Shown here: positions 1 through 15,586 of the stretch, piece by piece
Layout of the letters: each line of letters begins with the position of its first letter
How positions within the stretch are numbered: position 1 is the stretch's first letter
Assembly (NCBI GenBank): GCA_020891255.1
Contig: BQFW01000003.1
Span: forward strand, 930,001 to 994,000
Reading direction: 5' to 3'
DNA length: 64,000 nucleotides
From: Entomortierella parvispora E1425
Lineage: Eukaryota; Fungi; Mortierellomycota
Translations under genes and position numbers: made by a program
The notes under the pieces: model-generated
What the model saw: only the letters and a program-made list of their open reading frames with translations
Told to the model about the DNA's origin: nothing
The model's database searches: none

Positions 1-3067
<3,067 letters not shown>

Positions 3068-3233
3068 CATCAAAACCCCAAATATTTTAAAATAAAAAAA
3101 AGATCACGAGAAAAACGACTTTTTGCTGGATGATGGAAAGGTTTATTTGAATTTTTTTGGTTTTTTACAGGGTCAGCGATTAGATGCCATTGCTCTGGAT
3201 GGTTGTTGAAGTGAAATATTTTACAAGATGGGA

Positions 3234-3250
3234 GAAAGAGAGAGAGAGAC

Positions 3251-3288
<38 letters not shown>
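3234..3288. repeat. (AG)n microsatellite, interrupted by two AC units
   Basis: Direct reading; lies between the convergent 3' ends of the TF and TBP genes. Confidence 0.9.
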
Positions 3289-3291
<3 letters not shown>

Positions 3292-3561
3292 GAAAATCAG
3301 CCAGAAAAAAGATGGGGGAGCTGTTTGAAGTCTGGATCACCAGGTGATCCATCTCTCATGGTGTGCAAGTGCCCTCACTATGAATGGAAGGGATCAGTGC
3401 GAAATACAATACAATTGGGGAAGGAAAAAGAAGGGGAGAATGGATGCCATGAGCATACGAAGAAAAGGGAAAACAACGACGATGGAAACCAGACGGACAA
3501 CAAGGGCAGGGTCGCCTTGGTACGCTTCTGGCACCCACCCAAGACCGCAGCGACTGGTCGC

Positions 3562-4779
3562 TTAGGGCTTTCGGAACTGCGTCAATACAGGGTATATAGC
3601 TTCGAAAGCCTGGTAGATCTCCTCTCGGACCTATCGAATAGCGTCAGACGTTAGGGTCCATGCGCACTGACACCGGAATATACAGGGTATTCATAGGAAC
3701 AATGTGCTCACCTTGGCTCCAGTCAGGACAATCTTGCCCGACACGAAAATCAGCAACACAATCTTTGGCTTAACCATACGGTAAATAAGACCGGGGAACA
3801 ATTCAGGTTCGTACTATGAAATAAATCGAAGTTATAGCTATTAGCATGTATTTTTTTCCAGCCATTCTTGATATGATGTCGCAATTCTTACCGAAGTGAA
3901 AGGTCCGTGAGCATAGGCCAATCCTTCAAGACGGATGGGGAACTTGACATCACACGAGCCAACAATGTTTTGGATCTTAAAGTCTGTAAACTTTGCGGCG
4001 AATCCCAACTTTTGGATAATACGAGCGTATTTGCGCGAGGCCAGCTTTGAGTCATCCTCAGACTTTGCACCTGTAACGACCATCTTGCCAGAGGCAAAGA
4101 TCAAGGCCGTGGTTTTTGGGTCACGAATTCTCATGATCACAGCAGCAAAACGCTGGTAGTTGTGAAGATGAAGAAAAAGGAAAAGAGAGCACCAGTTGAA
4201 TAAACCCGTTTTTGCAACTCTTCCAAAGCCCCTGCTGTTCAAGAAAAACAACACAGGTAATACAGCAATAAAGTATTCATCGAGCGGCTACACTCTGTAC
4301 CTTTGGATTGTATTCTGCGTTACGCGCATGCAAGGCAATGGTCTTCAAATCCAAACGACAATCCAAGTTGACAGTGGCCACAATATTCCTATGATAGGGC
4401 CAAAAAAAAAAAGAGATCTTGGTCAATGCACATGATGCAAAGTCACAAATAGGTCCGCGCAGCACATAAAAAACAGACCAGCTCTTTTCATTTTTTGAAG
4501 AGTAACACCACTCTCCCGCCTTCCTCCCTTCAACACCATACAATATCCACACAACCATGAGTGCACAAATATCAACACTTCAACAATCACCAAAGAGGGA
4601 CATAGCAGTACAGAATCCACCACAGCAACTTACTGAAGCGTAGGGACGATGCCAGCAACAGAATGCAAAGGAGCGTCAACGACAGCCTGTTCCTCTGTAG
4701 TCAATTCTGCGGCTGGCTTGTCAGATGGGGTTGCAACGGCCTTTGAGCCAGGAGCAGAAGTCGAAGGAACGGCAAACAT
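3562..4779 (-). CDS. TBP: TATA-box-binding protein, 5 exons
   Basis: Exons encode GIVPTLQ / [29 protein letters not shown] / [32 protein letters not shown]... / [34 protein letters not shown] / [22 protein letters not shown]. Junctions are GT-AG. Confidence 0.98.
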
Positions 4780-5171
4780 TGGTGATATTGGTATTAGGGC
4801 AGTAGGTTGATTTGAGATTAAGTGCTGCGCAAAAGAAAAAGCAGGCAAGGAAGGGCAGGAAGATGTGTGATTCGTTTGAATGATTGATTGATTGTTGACG
4901 GATGCAAGGCGGGGACGTTGCGGTCTGGAGGATGATTAAACGAAGAAGCACAACCCTGAGCAATGGACAAATGCCGACGATGGATGTCGTTTTATAGTGA
5001 TGGGAGCGGAACAAAGATGTGAAATCGAAAAAAAAAACCGGGAGGCTTCGAAACGGGGTATATCTAAAAAAATGTGATGACGTCGACAGTGGCTTAGAAT
5101 CATGTGATCAGAATTTATTTATCAGGATTAAAGACATCCCAGAAACCCTGTTCAACATCAAATGAATAAGA

Positions 5172-5243
5172 GGTCTGCTGGCCCAATGGAAAGGCGTCTG
5201 ACTACGAATCAGGAGATTGCAGGTTCGACCCCTGCGTAGATCA
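5172..5243 (+). tRNA. tRNA-Arg(ACG), intronless
   Basis: 72 nt. Acceptor stem GGTCTGC/GTAGATC, anticodon loop CT-ACG-AA, T-loop GGTTCGACCC, T-runs downstream. Confidence 0.96.
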
Positions 5244-5415
5244 TTCTTCTCTTTTGCTTTTGAGAGCTGTTTGTTTTTTGGCGCCAGTTCAACTTACGAC
5301 TAAGCCACTCTCGCAACGGCCCGTGGGAAATGTAGGTTCTTTTTTTTTTTTTTGGTTTTTCTTCCTTCCCATCACCCCATTTCATCACCTTCACTCCCCC
5401 ACTACGATAATCACC

Positions 5416-7468
5416 ATGGCCGAAAACTGCGGATTCAAGGGATGCAACCAGATTGGCAGCCACAGACACGAGGAGCAGTATGTACCCATTCTCCCCCTTT
5501 GCTGAGCAGCCATCTCCTGACACGTCTCTCGTTGTTCGTGGGCAACAACCACAGCGCATGGTCATTTCAGGCAACAGCATGACTAATCCATCTCCATCTC
5601 TCCATCTCATGAACTTCAATAGCGTCGCTGAGCCCCCAATTCTTAACACCATCTTGGACCACATTGGAAACACCCCTCTTGTCCGCATCAACAAGATTGC
5701 CAAGTCTGAGGGTCTTCAGTGCGAGCTCTGTATGTGATGTTATGACTAAAAAGTCATGCTTCTTGCCCCCTCATTCGTGCCCTTCCATATATCGCCATGA
5801 TACAACTCAACCCACTAACTAACAATGGATATTTTCTTTCTTTAGTGGCCAAGTGCGAGTTCTTCAACGCTGGAGGTTCTGTTAAGGACCGTATCGGCAA
5901 GCGCATGATCGAGGAGGCCGAGAAGGATGGACGCCTGAAGCCTGGTTGCACCATCATCGAGCCCACCTCCGGAAACACTGGTAAGTGGGTATTGCACACA
6001 TACGCACACCTGATCAACACAATATTACATGGGGACAGCTGATGCACGGCGTGTTTGTTTGGCCTGCCCATTGCTATTCCATTTGAAGTAATTCTCACGG
6101 TTCCTTCTGCTCTCGGTATATATTTTTTCATGGGTGCTCTCAAATAGGCATTGGTCTTGCTCTTGCTGCTGCCGTCAAGGGTTACCGCACCATCATTACC
6201 TTGCCCGAGAAGATGTCTCAGGAGAAGGTCGATGTTCTCAAGGCGTTGGGCGCTGAGATTGTTCGTACTCCTACCGAGGCTGCCTGGGATGCTCCCGAGT
6301 CCCACATCGGAGTTGCCAAGCGTTTGAACGCTGAGATCCCCGACTCTGTTATCTTGGACCAGTACTCCAACCCCTACAACCCCGTTACCCACTACGATCA
6401 CACCGCCGAGGAGATCTACAGATCCTGCGATGGACAGATTGACATGTTGGTTGCTGGCGCCGGTACTGGTGGTGCCATCACCGGAATCGCCAGAAAGCTC
6501 AAGGCTCTCTGCCCCAACATCATTGTATGTCGACTTTTTTTTGCCACTGTTTTACTCGCATGCTAATGGTGTTGGGACAAGAATGATGCCATTTTGCCGA
6601 CGAGTGAACTCATTCCTAACCCCTCCTCTCATTTTATTTTTTTCTTCTCCAGGTTGTTGGTGTCGATCCCCACGGCTCTATTCTCGCTCAGCCCGAGTCC
6701 TTGAACACCTCGACTGAGGGTTACAAGGTTGAGGGTATCGGTTACGACTTCATCCCCGAGGCTTTGGACCGTACCTTGATTGACCGCTGGATCAAGAGCG
6801 AGGACAAGGAGTCTTTCACCATGGCCCGCCGTTTGATCCGTGAGGAGGGTATTCTTTGCGGAGGATCCTCTGGAACTGCTGTCGCTGCTGCCGTCAAGGC
6901 CGCCAAGGAGCTCGGACCTGGCAAGCGTTGTGTCGTCCTTCTCCCCGACTCTGTCCGTAACTACATGACCAAGTTCTTGAACGACGGCTGGATGCAGGAA
7001 AACGGATTCACTGACCAGGCCATGGCCTCCGAGAAGGAGTCCAAGCACCTCCAGTGGGGCGGTGCCACCGTCGGAAGCCTTCACCTCAAGGCTGCCGTCA
7101 CCGTCACCAACACCTCCCGCTGCCGCGAGGCCATTTTGTTGATGGAGCGCAACGGATTCGACCAGTTGCCCGTTGTCTCTTCCAAGAACGGACGTCTTGT
7201 CGGTCTTGTCACCCTCGGCAACTTGCTCTCCCGCATTGCGGCCGGCCGTGTCCAGGTCGATGGTCAGGTTCAGGATGTCATGTTCAAGTTCCAGAAGTCT
7301 GGAACTCACTTCACTGAGATCACGGATGAGACCGAGTTGGAGGACTTGACTGCCTTCTTTGAGAAGAACTCTGCCGGTGTTGTCACCGAGCGTGGAGGTT
7401 CCAAGGTCAAGGCTGTTATCACCAAGGTCGATCTTGTTTCCTTCTTGGTCAAGAAGGCCACTGTTTAA
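5416..7468 (+). CDS. CBS: Cystathionine beta-synthase with C-terminal CBS domains; exons ~5416-5477, 5623-5729, 5846-5980, 6147-6525, 6653-7468
   Basis: Motifs [25 protein letters not shown] (PLP lysine), [22 protein letters not shown] and a tandem CBS (Bateman) module. The first intron runs GTATGT...GACTAAT...AATAG and keeps the frame. Confidence 0.95.
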
Positions 7469-7689
7469 AAAAAAACAAGCCAAACAACAACCTCGCATCA
7501 TATAATATCTTCATGCAGAAATCCAAGAACTGAGTAGCATCCCCCCAACCCCTCCCTCATTGTCAACCAACCATAGAGCGACAAAATTTGTAGAATACAG
7601 CAACATTGAAAACACAAACCCTGTGAATACTTTCATGCATTTTTATTATGAATCAATGACATGACATACGATCGGTGTACTTCACTGAT

Positions 7690-9425
7690 TTAAGGAGTGG
7701 CAGAGCGAGGTCTAGGAGAGACGGAGCCCCGCTGGGAAGGAGAGCGAGAGCGACGGTCGTCTTCACGAGCATCCGAGGAACGGCGCGCAGGAGAACGGGA
7801 GCCATTGCGGGGCGACATGTTCTCATCCCCCTCACGATCTTTGTTTCCGTCTACGCTGCGACCGCGAGCGGGCGAGCGAGAGGAAGGGGAACGGTGACGG
7901 GGAGGAGAAGGAGAGTGAGCGCGACGATCACGAGGGCTAGGAGAACGACCGCGAGGGCTCACAGAGCGACGACGGGGTGGGCTAGGGCTACGACGACGAG
8001 GAGGAGTACGGCCGCGGCGAGGGGGGGACCGCGAACGTCTGCTACCACCGCGCTCATATCTCCAGGAAGCACTGGGTGCATTCTTGGCAAACTGAGAGGT
8101 GCCATCCAGGATAAATAGAAATGGATGAATGAGTTTCACAGAAACACTATATCCAATTCTGTCATTTACACATTGCAACCAGCGTCGACTCTTACCTGAA
8201 CCTCGAGACGGTAGCCTTCGAAACGGACGTCTTTCATCTCGTGATAAGCATCACGAGCATCTCTATCGTCTTCAAACTCAACAAATGCATATCTGTTTTG
8301 TCCATAAACACCCATAACGTGTCAATAAGCGATGAAAATTCAAACCATGCAAGAAATAGAAAATTGACATGGAAGCGGCAGGTCAAAAAGTCGATGACCA
8401 GAGGCGATGGAGATGCGCAAAGAGGAGAGAAAACAAAAGAGAGGAGTCGTTTCAGTAACGCAGGATCCAGATATGGTTTTGAGGAGGGGCGAAGGCCAGG
8501 AGATGGGGTGGGAGGTGGTGTGTCATCATCGTTCAGGATCTTGTCGTCTTTGGAAATGTTCCCCGAGTTTGGATGGTTGGTATAACGCTCTTCGTCGCTC
8601 GAGATCGATCGATCGACGGACTGACTGATAGACCGACTGACTGACCCGACCCGTAATCATGTTCGACCTCTTTTCTTGTTGTTGGGTCGATACGACTGAA
8701 TGTTAGCAGAGCAATGTGGTAAGAAATATCTACCGTCGCTATTACTTTGGCCAATTCAGGCAAGCGAACAACTCTTTTTTTTCTTCTGTTTGTTCCTCCA
8801 TTGTCCACATGAGGCACGACAATTCCTCGTATATGAATCCACATAAAGTGGTCGGTGAATGAGGCTTTGCTCACGAAATCCGCTGCAAAGAATTCTCCTG
8901 TATCCATTTAGCCATGCCTCTCCGTTCCTGAATCCACACTTCCACACATCCTTGTTGTTGGTTTGTCTACACGGTTCACTGCGAAGGGACGGTTCACTGC
9001 GAAGGGGCTCGAATAAAACAAGGGTAAAGACTGGATGTGAAAAAACGACTTACGGCTTGGCAGAGTCGTTGCGGGGAGCAGGGATGTCGCAGCGAATAAG
9101 AGGTCCATATCTATTTATGTAGGTGATAGCTGTTAGTTCCTAAGCAACTTTTTGTCTCCAGACGATATACAGCCCAGTGATCCGGCTCTGGTGGCGCGGT
9201 TGTTTGTAGACACTTTACCTCTCGAATTCGTATGCGAGGTCTCTGGCGCGGGTGCGATGGCTAAAGCCACTAGAAGAGAGAACAGGAAGCCACCACCCCG
9301 ATTGAGATTAATGAATGGTCAATGGATTCAGCAAGAAGCGAGATTGCAAGTCGTATCCGACGACCAATGGACGTAGACAAGGGGCATTCTTACGAGACAA
9401 AGAGGGTGGTCTGACGGCGCGACAT
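7690..9425 (-). CDS. SR splicing factor, single RRM plus RS domain (S. pombe Srp1-like)
   Basis: Spliced reading [83 protein letters not shown], followed by RSRSP/RSPSP repeats. Five exons, with a 761-nt third intron (8293-9053). Confidence 0.9.
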
Positions 9426-9586
9426 TTGTATAATGGTGAGGGCGAAGGGCAAAGGGACAAAGGGAAGAAAGAGCAAAGTGAAGAATGCAATCGACAATTG
9501 TTTTTTTAGCATGGGCCAGCCACAGAGTTTACTACGTCATATGTACCCCTTAACTCTGAGCTTTTGCCGTTCGGGGACCTCCTGGC

Positions 9587-12500
9587 TCACAGAAGCAGCT
9601 CTCCCCTTTCTCGCACGACCGCCGTTGTGTTGAATCCCATCTGCAACTGCCAGTCCAGATACGCTCCTTGAGGGACATCTAGCCTTGGCTCCACCGTATC
9701 TTGGGCCTCATTGGGATCTCTTGATTGTGTGCCGAATCGGGCTATAAACGCTTGCTTGACCCGGAGTTGATAGGCTTCTGTCTTGAAGAGCGGAGAATCG
9801 AACAGCTCCCTAGACATACTGGAGGACCGCTCCTCCAAAGACAAACCTAGAGAAACTGAGAGCGGTCTTAAATAGATGGATTCGATGAGGCGTGCCCTAT
9901 CAGCCACATCCCTGGAGACAGTTTCTTGCGTTCGCTCACGACTCTGGCTAGGTACTGCCTCGACAGCGACAGCCTCCTGGCTGCTAGAATGAAGTTGAAG
10001 GAGATCTTCATTCTCGGCCACGGTTGCTACGAGGGGCACAGGTATTAGTGATGCAACGGTTTGAGCAAGGATCCGAGTTCGTTGCACAAGCGTGGTATCG
10101 TCCATCGAAGGAACAGAGTCCAGCTCCAACGATAACGCCACAAGGTGGCATGCGAGCTGAAGAGCCGACAGCTGCTCTACTCGGATGGATCTCAAAGCGC
10201 GATCATTGACCGGTCCTCCAGTGTATGAATGCGTGCGCCCCATTGATTGGACAATATCCTGAACTTGTTGCTGGAGTAATAACGCGTACTGGGTCCTCAT
10301 CTGCAAAAGCCCTTCGATCTGACTGACACTTTCAGAGCTGTTGGGCTCACTAGAAGACCTTTCTGATTCCAAACGTTTCCTCAAGGACATTTGTTGCGTA
10401 AACTCCTCAAACAAAAGTATTCGAATGCCATTAATCCGAGCGATCCTCGACAGTCCCTTCGGATCTTCAGAGATAATGTCGTCAGCTTGGCTACTGGAGA
10501 TGCTTGCAGACATATTCGGTTGATCGATACTGACGCTGTTATAGCTGAATCGCAGTGGCTTCTTGAGCTTTGAAAGGCGATCTAGTTCATCTTGATCCAA
10601 ATGCCGTAGTAGCAAGATTCCCAGAGTCTTGATTTGAGAGGCATCAAGCACGCCGGACAGAGCCCCATCAGCCTGCTTCCTGGAGTTGGCTCGATCTGTG
10701 TATCGTCTTTGCCAACATCCTATAGTAGACCACAGAGTGTTGTAAGCGGCTATGCTTTATAACAATACATCGGTGATCAAAACCGAAATTCGTACCTTCA
10801 ATTGAAGTTAACAAAGAAGACAGCAGACGAGAAAGATGAAAATCTTCTAGACCCAGGTCGTGCACAGAGATTTTCTCCTCACTAATCTTATGGGCGGTGT
10901 CTGTGTTCAGCAATGGCTGCAAAGAGATGTCCTCTATACCTGAGAATCCAGCCACAAGTCGAAATAAAACATCTAGACATGTGGTCAACACATCCTTCTT
11001 TAAAGGACTGCTGTTGTTTCGGTTTTGGCTAGTTGCCTGTGTCTGGGGATAATGTTCACACGCGATTCGCGCTATTGACTCGACTGCATGACAGGCAATG
11101 TTGATGTTTCCTGCAATGATATGTCGGTCTAATTGACCACGCGTGGATAAAAGTTGACCAGTGATGTCGTCTAAAGCAGCGATTTTCTGTAGATGATCCA
11201 CAATCGTCAAGGACACCTCAGCTGGCGCCACAATTGCTATGGCAGTACACAAGTTGATTTTTTGTCGCTGTATCTCGCTTGGATCACCTGCTCTAGAAAT
11301 TACAAAGTGATTACAAAGTGAAAAGAATCCTTGTCAGCTACCAATGCAGAGAAATTTTTTTCTCATACATGCTCTCGAAGCTGGCCCGCACCTGATGAAC
11401 AGCGTACTCAAACGATCAATTTTATCCTGTCGAAATACACCTGTCGATTCTACCAAGAGCTGCAAATGTCGAAGAGTTGCATAGACAACATCGGCAACTC
11501 GCGATTCCATTTGCTTTATCAACGTTTCTGACCAACAGAGAGTTGTAGTTAATAAGCTGGAACGGGGCGGCCTTTTTGTCGAAGTTTAATCTACCTTCAA
11601 TCGTCTTGTAAACTTCGCCTTGAATCTCGTACAAATCTTGGCAAATCCAGATAAAGAGTCGCAACGTGGCCATTTGTACAGCGAGAGAAGGATTCTGGAC
11701 ACCATCGTCAACGTCGTTCTATATTGCAAAACCTAGGTCAATGCACGCAGATAATTCATTGGCCAAGTCACGGAGTTCATCACTACTTCAAGTCATACCA
11801 TAATATCATATATTTCATCGTCTGTGTGTGGTTGGAATCGACAAAGAACGCTCAACACAACCTGTAGTTGCGGTGCACTCCATTCTTTGTAGCGCTTGAG
11901 TAGGTGGGCTGAAATGTTGTTGTTAATCACAATCCCACCTTCATCCACCAAGATAGTTTCCAGGGCCAGGATGGAGCTGATCACTACTTGGGGATCTCGA
12001 TCTCTTAGCAAACCATAGAGTCGATCTATAATCTCACTCTCTATTCCAGTTAAAGGGAGTATTAAGACCACTATCCTTTTTACAGAAAAGATAAGCTACA
12101 AGACATTGTAAGTTACCAAGAACAAACAATGGGTCCAATTCAAAGAGCGAAATAGAGGCCATAGCAGCAGTGTTGCGAACATATGCATTCTTGTCCTGAA
12201 AGCCCTTGTTCAGAGGTTGGAGCATGAACCGCAGCACGTTTTTTTGGCTGTAGAGATTTAAGAGCGTCACCGTTAACGGTCAAGGAATAATCAACTCAAA
12301 AAAGAGCCACCCAATTCATTTCTGAAGAAGCAAACGTACCCGAGAGAGCAAATGGTTCTCAGTGCAAGCGCGCGCACGATCGGGTCTGGGTCGGTGCAAT
12401 CTTGATGCAGGGTGTTGATGCCAAGGAAACATATCTCTTCATTTGACGGCCCATACTTTGTTAAGAAGGCGTAGGCAGCTTTTTTCATGGAGACATCGCG

Positions 12501-12751
12501 TGTCGAGGCCGACTGCAGTGTGAGGGGTGTGTGAGGTATCCAAGATATACTAGTTAGCATCCTGTAAAAAGCATGTCTGCTGGAACGGGTCGAGAAGGAG
12601 ATGTTGAACTGACCGAGACCATGGAGGCGAAGAGAGAGGACACGTCGATGCCGTGACCCATGAGCTCTTGCACGCGTTGCATCAACCGGGCCTGACCTGC
12701 TGGCAGCAGGGCCTGGTCTTTGAATGCCTCGGCCAACTCGGCGACATCCAT
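9587..12751 (-). CDS. AP4B1: Beta-adaptin, AP-4 beta (AP4B1)-like; trunk only
   Basis: Motifs GIDVSSLFASMV, INTLHQDCTDPDPIVRALALRTICSL, PLNKGFQDKNAYVR, LYGLLRDRDPQVV, EGGIVIN and QPHTDDEIYDIM resemble AP4B1 more than AP-1/2 beta. The end of the trunk (VADRARL...GFNTTAVV) is followed almost immediately by the stop. Confidence 0.8.
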
Positions 12752-13196
12752 GGCGAAAGGAAGGAATGAATGAAGGGGTTGATGCGATGCAATAGCGCGT
12801 GTGCGAGGAGGACGAAGGAGAGGAGAGGAGAGGAGAGGCCAAGGTGATGAAGTAGGAAGGCAGGGAGGGACAGAAGGAACGAAAGAAGGGAAAGGGAGAA
12901 AAAAAAGAGCAGTCGGCTGGGTGTGTCTGTGTGTGTGTGCTCTCCCTCTCTCCACTTCTTGCTCCCTCCTGCTCTCCCTCGTCCCTCCTGCATCGCTTCT
13001 CTTCTTCTCTTCTTCTTCTCTCTTGCTCCGCATCCTCTTCCCTTCCCTTCCCTTCCCTTCTCCCCCCACCCACCTCTCCACTCTCTCGTGCCCCTCTCCG
13101 GATCCGACTGCCCAAAGCTCCCATCCGTACCCCTTCATCTTCCCTTCTTCCATTCACTCCAACCGAAGCTCGTCATCTTCATCCGCCAAGAACACC

Positions 13197-15292
13197 ATGG
13201 ACAACTTCATCGAAAACGTCTCTGGATACTCCATGTGGGACATCAAAAATGTCCTGGAGAAGGTGTAAGTGCACCTTCATCATGGCCATGTCACCAAATG
13301 TCGCTGGACGATTAAAAGGCTTCATGATTGTCCAAGCCCTGCCCCCCTGACTCGCCATCTATTTTTTGCTTCGTATTCTAGCACGGCCAAAGTCATGAAC
13401 CTCACAGAGATGGAGCAAAAGGTCAGAGAGGCCACCAGCAACGACCCCTGGGGTGCCTCTGGTACCCTGAAGCAGGAGTTGGCTCAGGCCACACACAACT
13501 TGTATGTTCCCTCTTTGGAGTGAATCATCTGGAGCTGTGTGCACTATAGCATCTCTCAGTGGCTGACACGTTTACCCGTTGCTATCCACTAGCCAATACT
13601 TCAACGAGATTATGCCCGCCATCTTCAAGCGCTTCACGGATAAGGAGAACCGGGAATGGCGCCAGATTTACAAGGTAGCGATTCAGGGCAGATGTGCAGA
13701 TTGTCACTTCTTCCTACATGACCACATTACACTTCCCTTTCCCTTTCCAGCAACTCACAGTCCTCTCCAATTTTGTTGACAAAATAGTCCCTTGTGTTGT
13801 TGGAGTACTTGGTTACACACGGCTCTGAGCGTGTCGTAGATGAGGCTCGAGGACACATCTCCACGATCAAGGTTCTTCGAAGCTTCCAATATGTGGATGA
13901 CAATGGCAAGGATGAGGGCATCAATGGTACGTCCCCGTTTTTGAATTTTAGAGCAACCGACAGGGTATACAGGACAAAAATCTAACGAATGAGCATGATT
14001 TGTTGTGCAATAGTTCGTAACCGTGCAAAGGAATTTGCAGAGATGTTGAGCAGCGTGGATCGCATCAAGGAAGAGCGCAAGAAGGCCAAGAATAACCGCA
14101 ACAAGTATGTTGGCTCTGAGGGCGGCAGCGGCGGCGGTTTTGCCGGCTCTGGCTCAAAGTATGGTGGTTTTGGCAGTGATAGCTACTTTGATGGTAAGAC
14201 CCCTTATTTTTTTCGCCATCGATGTCGTGCGTGTTGGTCTGTTCATCGTGCTGACTTGATGTTCAATTAATATGCAGGCGGATACAGCGGCAGCGGAAGC
14301 TCTGCATCATCGCAGCGCGGAAGCAGTCGTTATGAGGACCGGGGTAGCAGCAGCAGATCTAACCGCTATGATGACGAGGATCGTGAGCCCTCCAACTCTC
14401 CCCCTGTTCGCCGATCCAACCGTAAGACGGAGGCACCCAAGGCTGCTCCAACCCCCAAGGTTGAGCCAGTCAAGGAGGTGAACCTGTTTGATTTTGATGA
14501 GCCTGTTTCTGCTGCTCCCGTGAACAACAACGTCTTTGGTGCAAGCAGTGCAGCTAAGCCTGTTGACGATGGTTGGGGATCGATGCAATCTGCAACGGAC
14601 GATTTTGATGATTTCCAGAGTGCTCCTCCAGTGGAGACCAAAGCCCAGACCTCCGTGCCTTCCTTCCCCACCTACACCCCTACAATGGCATCAGTGCTCC
14701 CACCTGTGCGCACCAACAGCATCTCCAGCAACAATAGCAACGGATTCGGAGGATTCCCCACTAAGCCTGCCAACAGTGGGTCATCATTTGATCTTTTGGG
14801 AAGCAGCCCAGTGAAGAGCAACAACACGATGGGCTCCTTTGCTGGCGCTATTCCTCCCATGCCTGCTTCCTCCAATGGACTCTCGAAGCCAGTGTCATCA
14901 TCCTCTAACCAGGTATGAGAAAATAAGGACAGGATGATTCTCTCGCATGACTAATTCACAAAGCAATGACTTTCTAACGATCCATATGTTTGTTTCCACA
15001 GTTCAACGTCAGCAGCGGCTCGTCTTCATCTGGCAACCCCAACGATATTTGGGCAAATGCATCAGGATTGATCTCATTGGACGGTTTGGGCAAGGCTAAG
15101 GCGAAGGAGGCAGCTCCTTCCATGAACGCTCTGGCAGCCAACTCATGGAACTCTGGTTCATGGGCCAGCAAGCCCGCCACGCCCGCTGCAACCAACCAGG
15201 GTTCCATGGCTTTTGGAAACTTTGGCAGCATGACCACCAATGCCCCAGCGAACACAAAGAACAACAACAACAACAACGATCTCTTGTTCTAG
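13197..15292 (+). CDS. ENT3: ENTH-domain epsin-related protein (Ent3/epsinR/CLINT1-like)
   Basis: VMNLTEMEQKVREATSNDPWGAS, EWRQIYK, LLEYLVTHGSERV, VRNRAKE; unstructured tail with LFDFD, DDFDDF and a terminal DLLF*. Confidence 0.9.
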
Positions 15293-15586
15293 AGGAGATC
15301 CACATCCTATAAGGATGATTGTATACCGATAGAAACAAAAAAAAAAAAACACACAATACCGTTTCGCAGCTCTTCTCATCCTTTTTTTTGAATTACCGTA
15401 ATGACCCGGTGTCTTTACAGCAACAATAAAGTAAGATTTTTGTTTTTCTTCCAAAGAAAAGTTGTCAAAATGCTGTTTTCCAGCACCCGAACCCTTTTGA
15501 ATTGTCAGAACATCATTGTGTCGTAGGTCTTCAGGGCAAAAAAAAAGTGCGAGCATCGATGGTGCTTGCACAAATATCAAAAGAAA

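Noticed and set aside
5453-5622. CBS start at ATG 5558 or 5579 as implied by the ORF track
   Set aside because: These ATGs fall inside a well-formed intron (GTATGT donor, ACTAAT branch, pyrimidine tract, AG at 5622) that joins exon 1 in frame.
6629-7501. Long antisense ORFs, also 5754-6401, 47153-47878, 48845-49561 and 58484-59092
   Set aside because: They are shadows of well-supported genes with strong codon bias on the opposite strand.
12291-13350. Several 100-290 aa ORFs over the AP4B/ENT3 promoter, and similar ones at 27230-28716 and 57799-58320
   Set aside because: They arise from stop-poor GA/CT-rich leader and intergenic DNA and give low-complexity translations.
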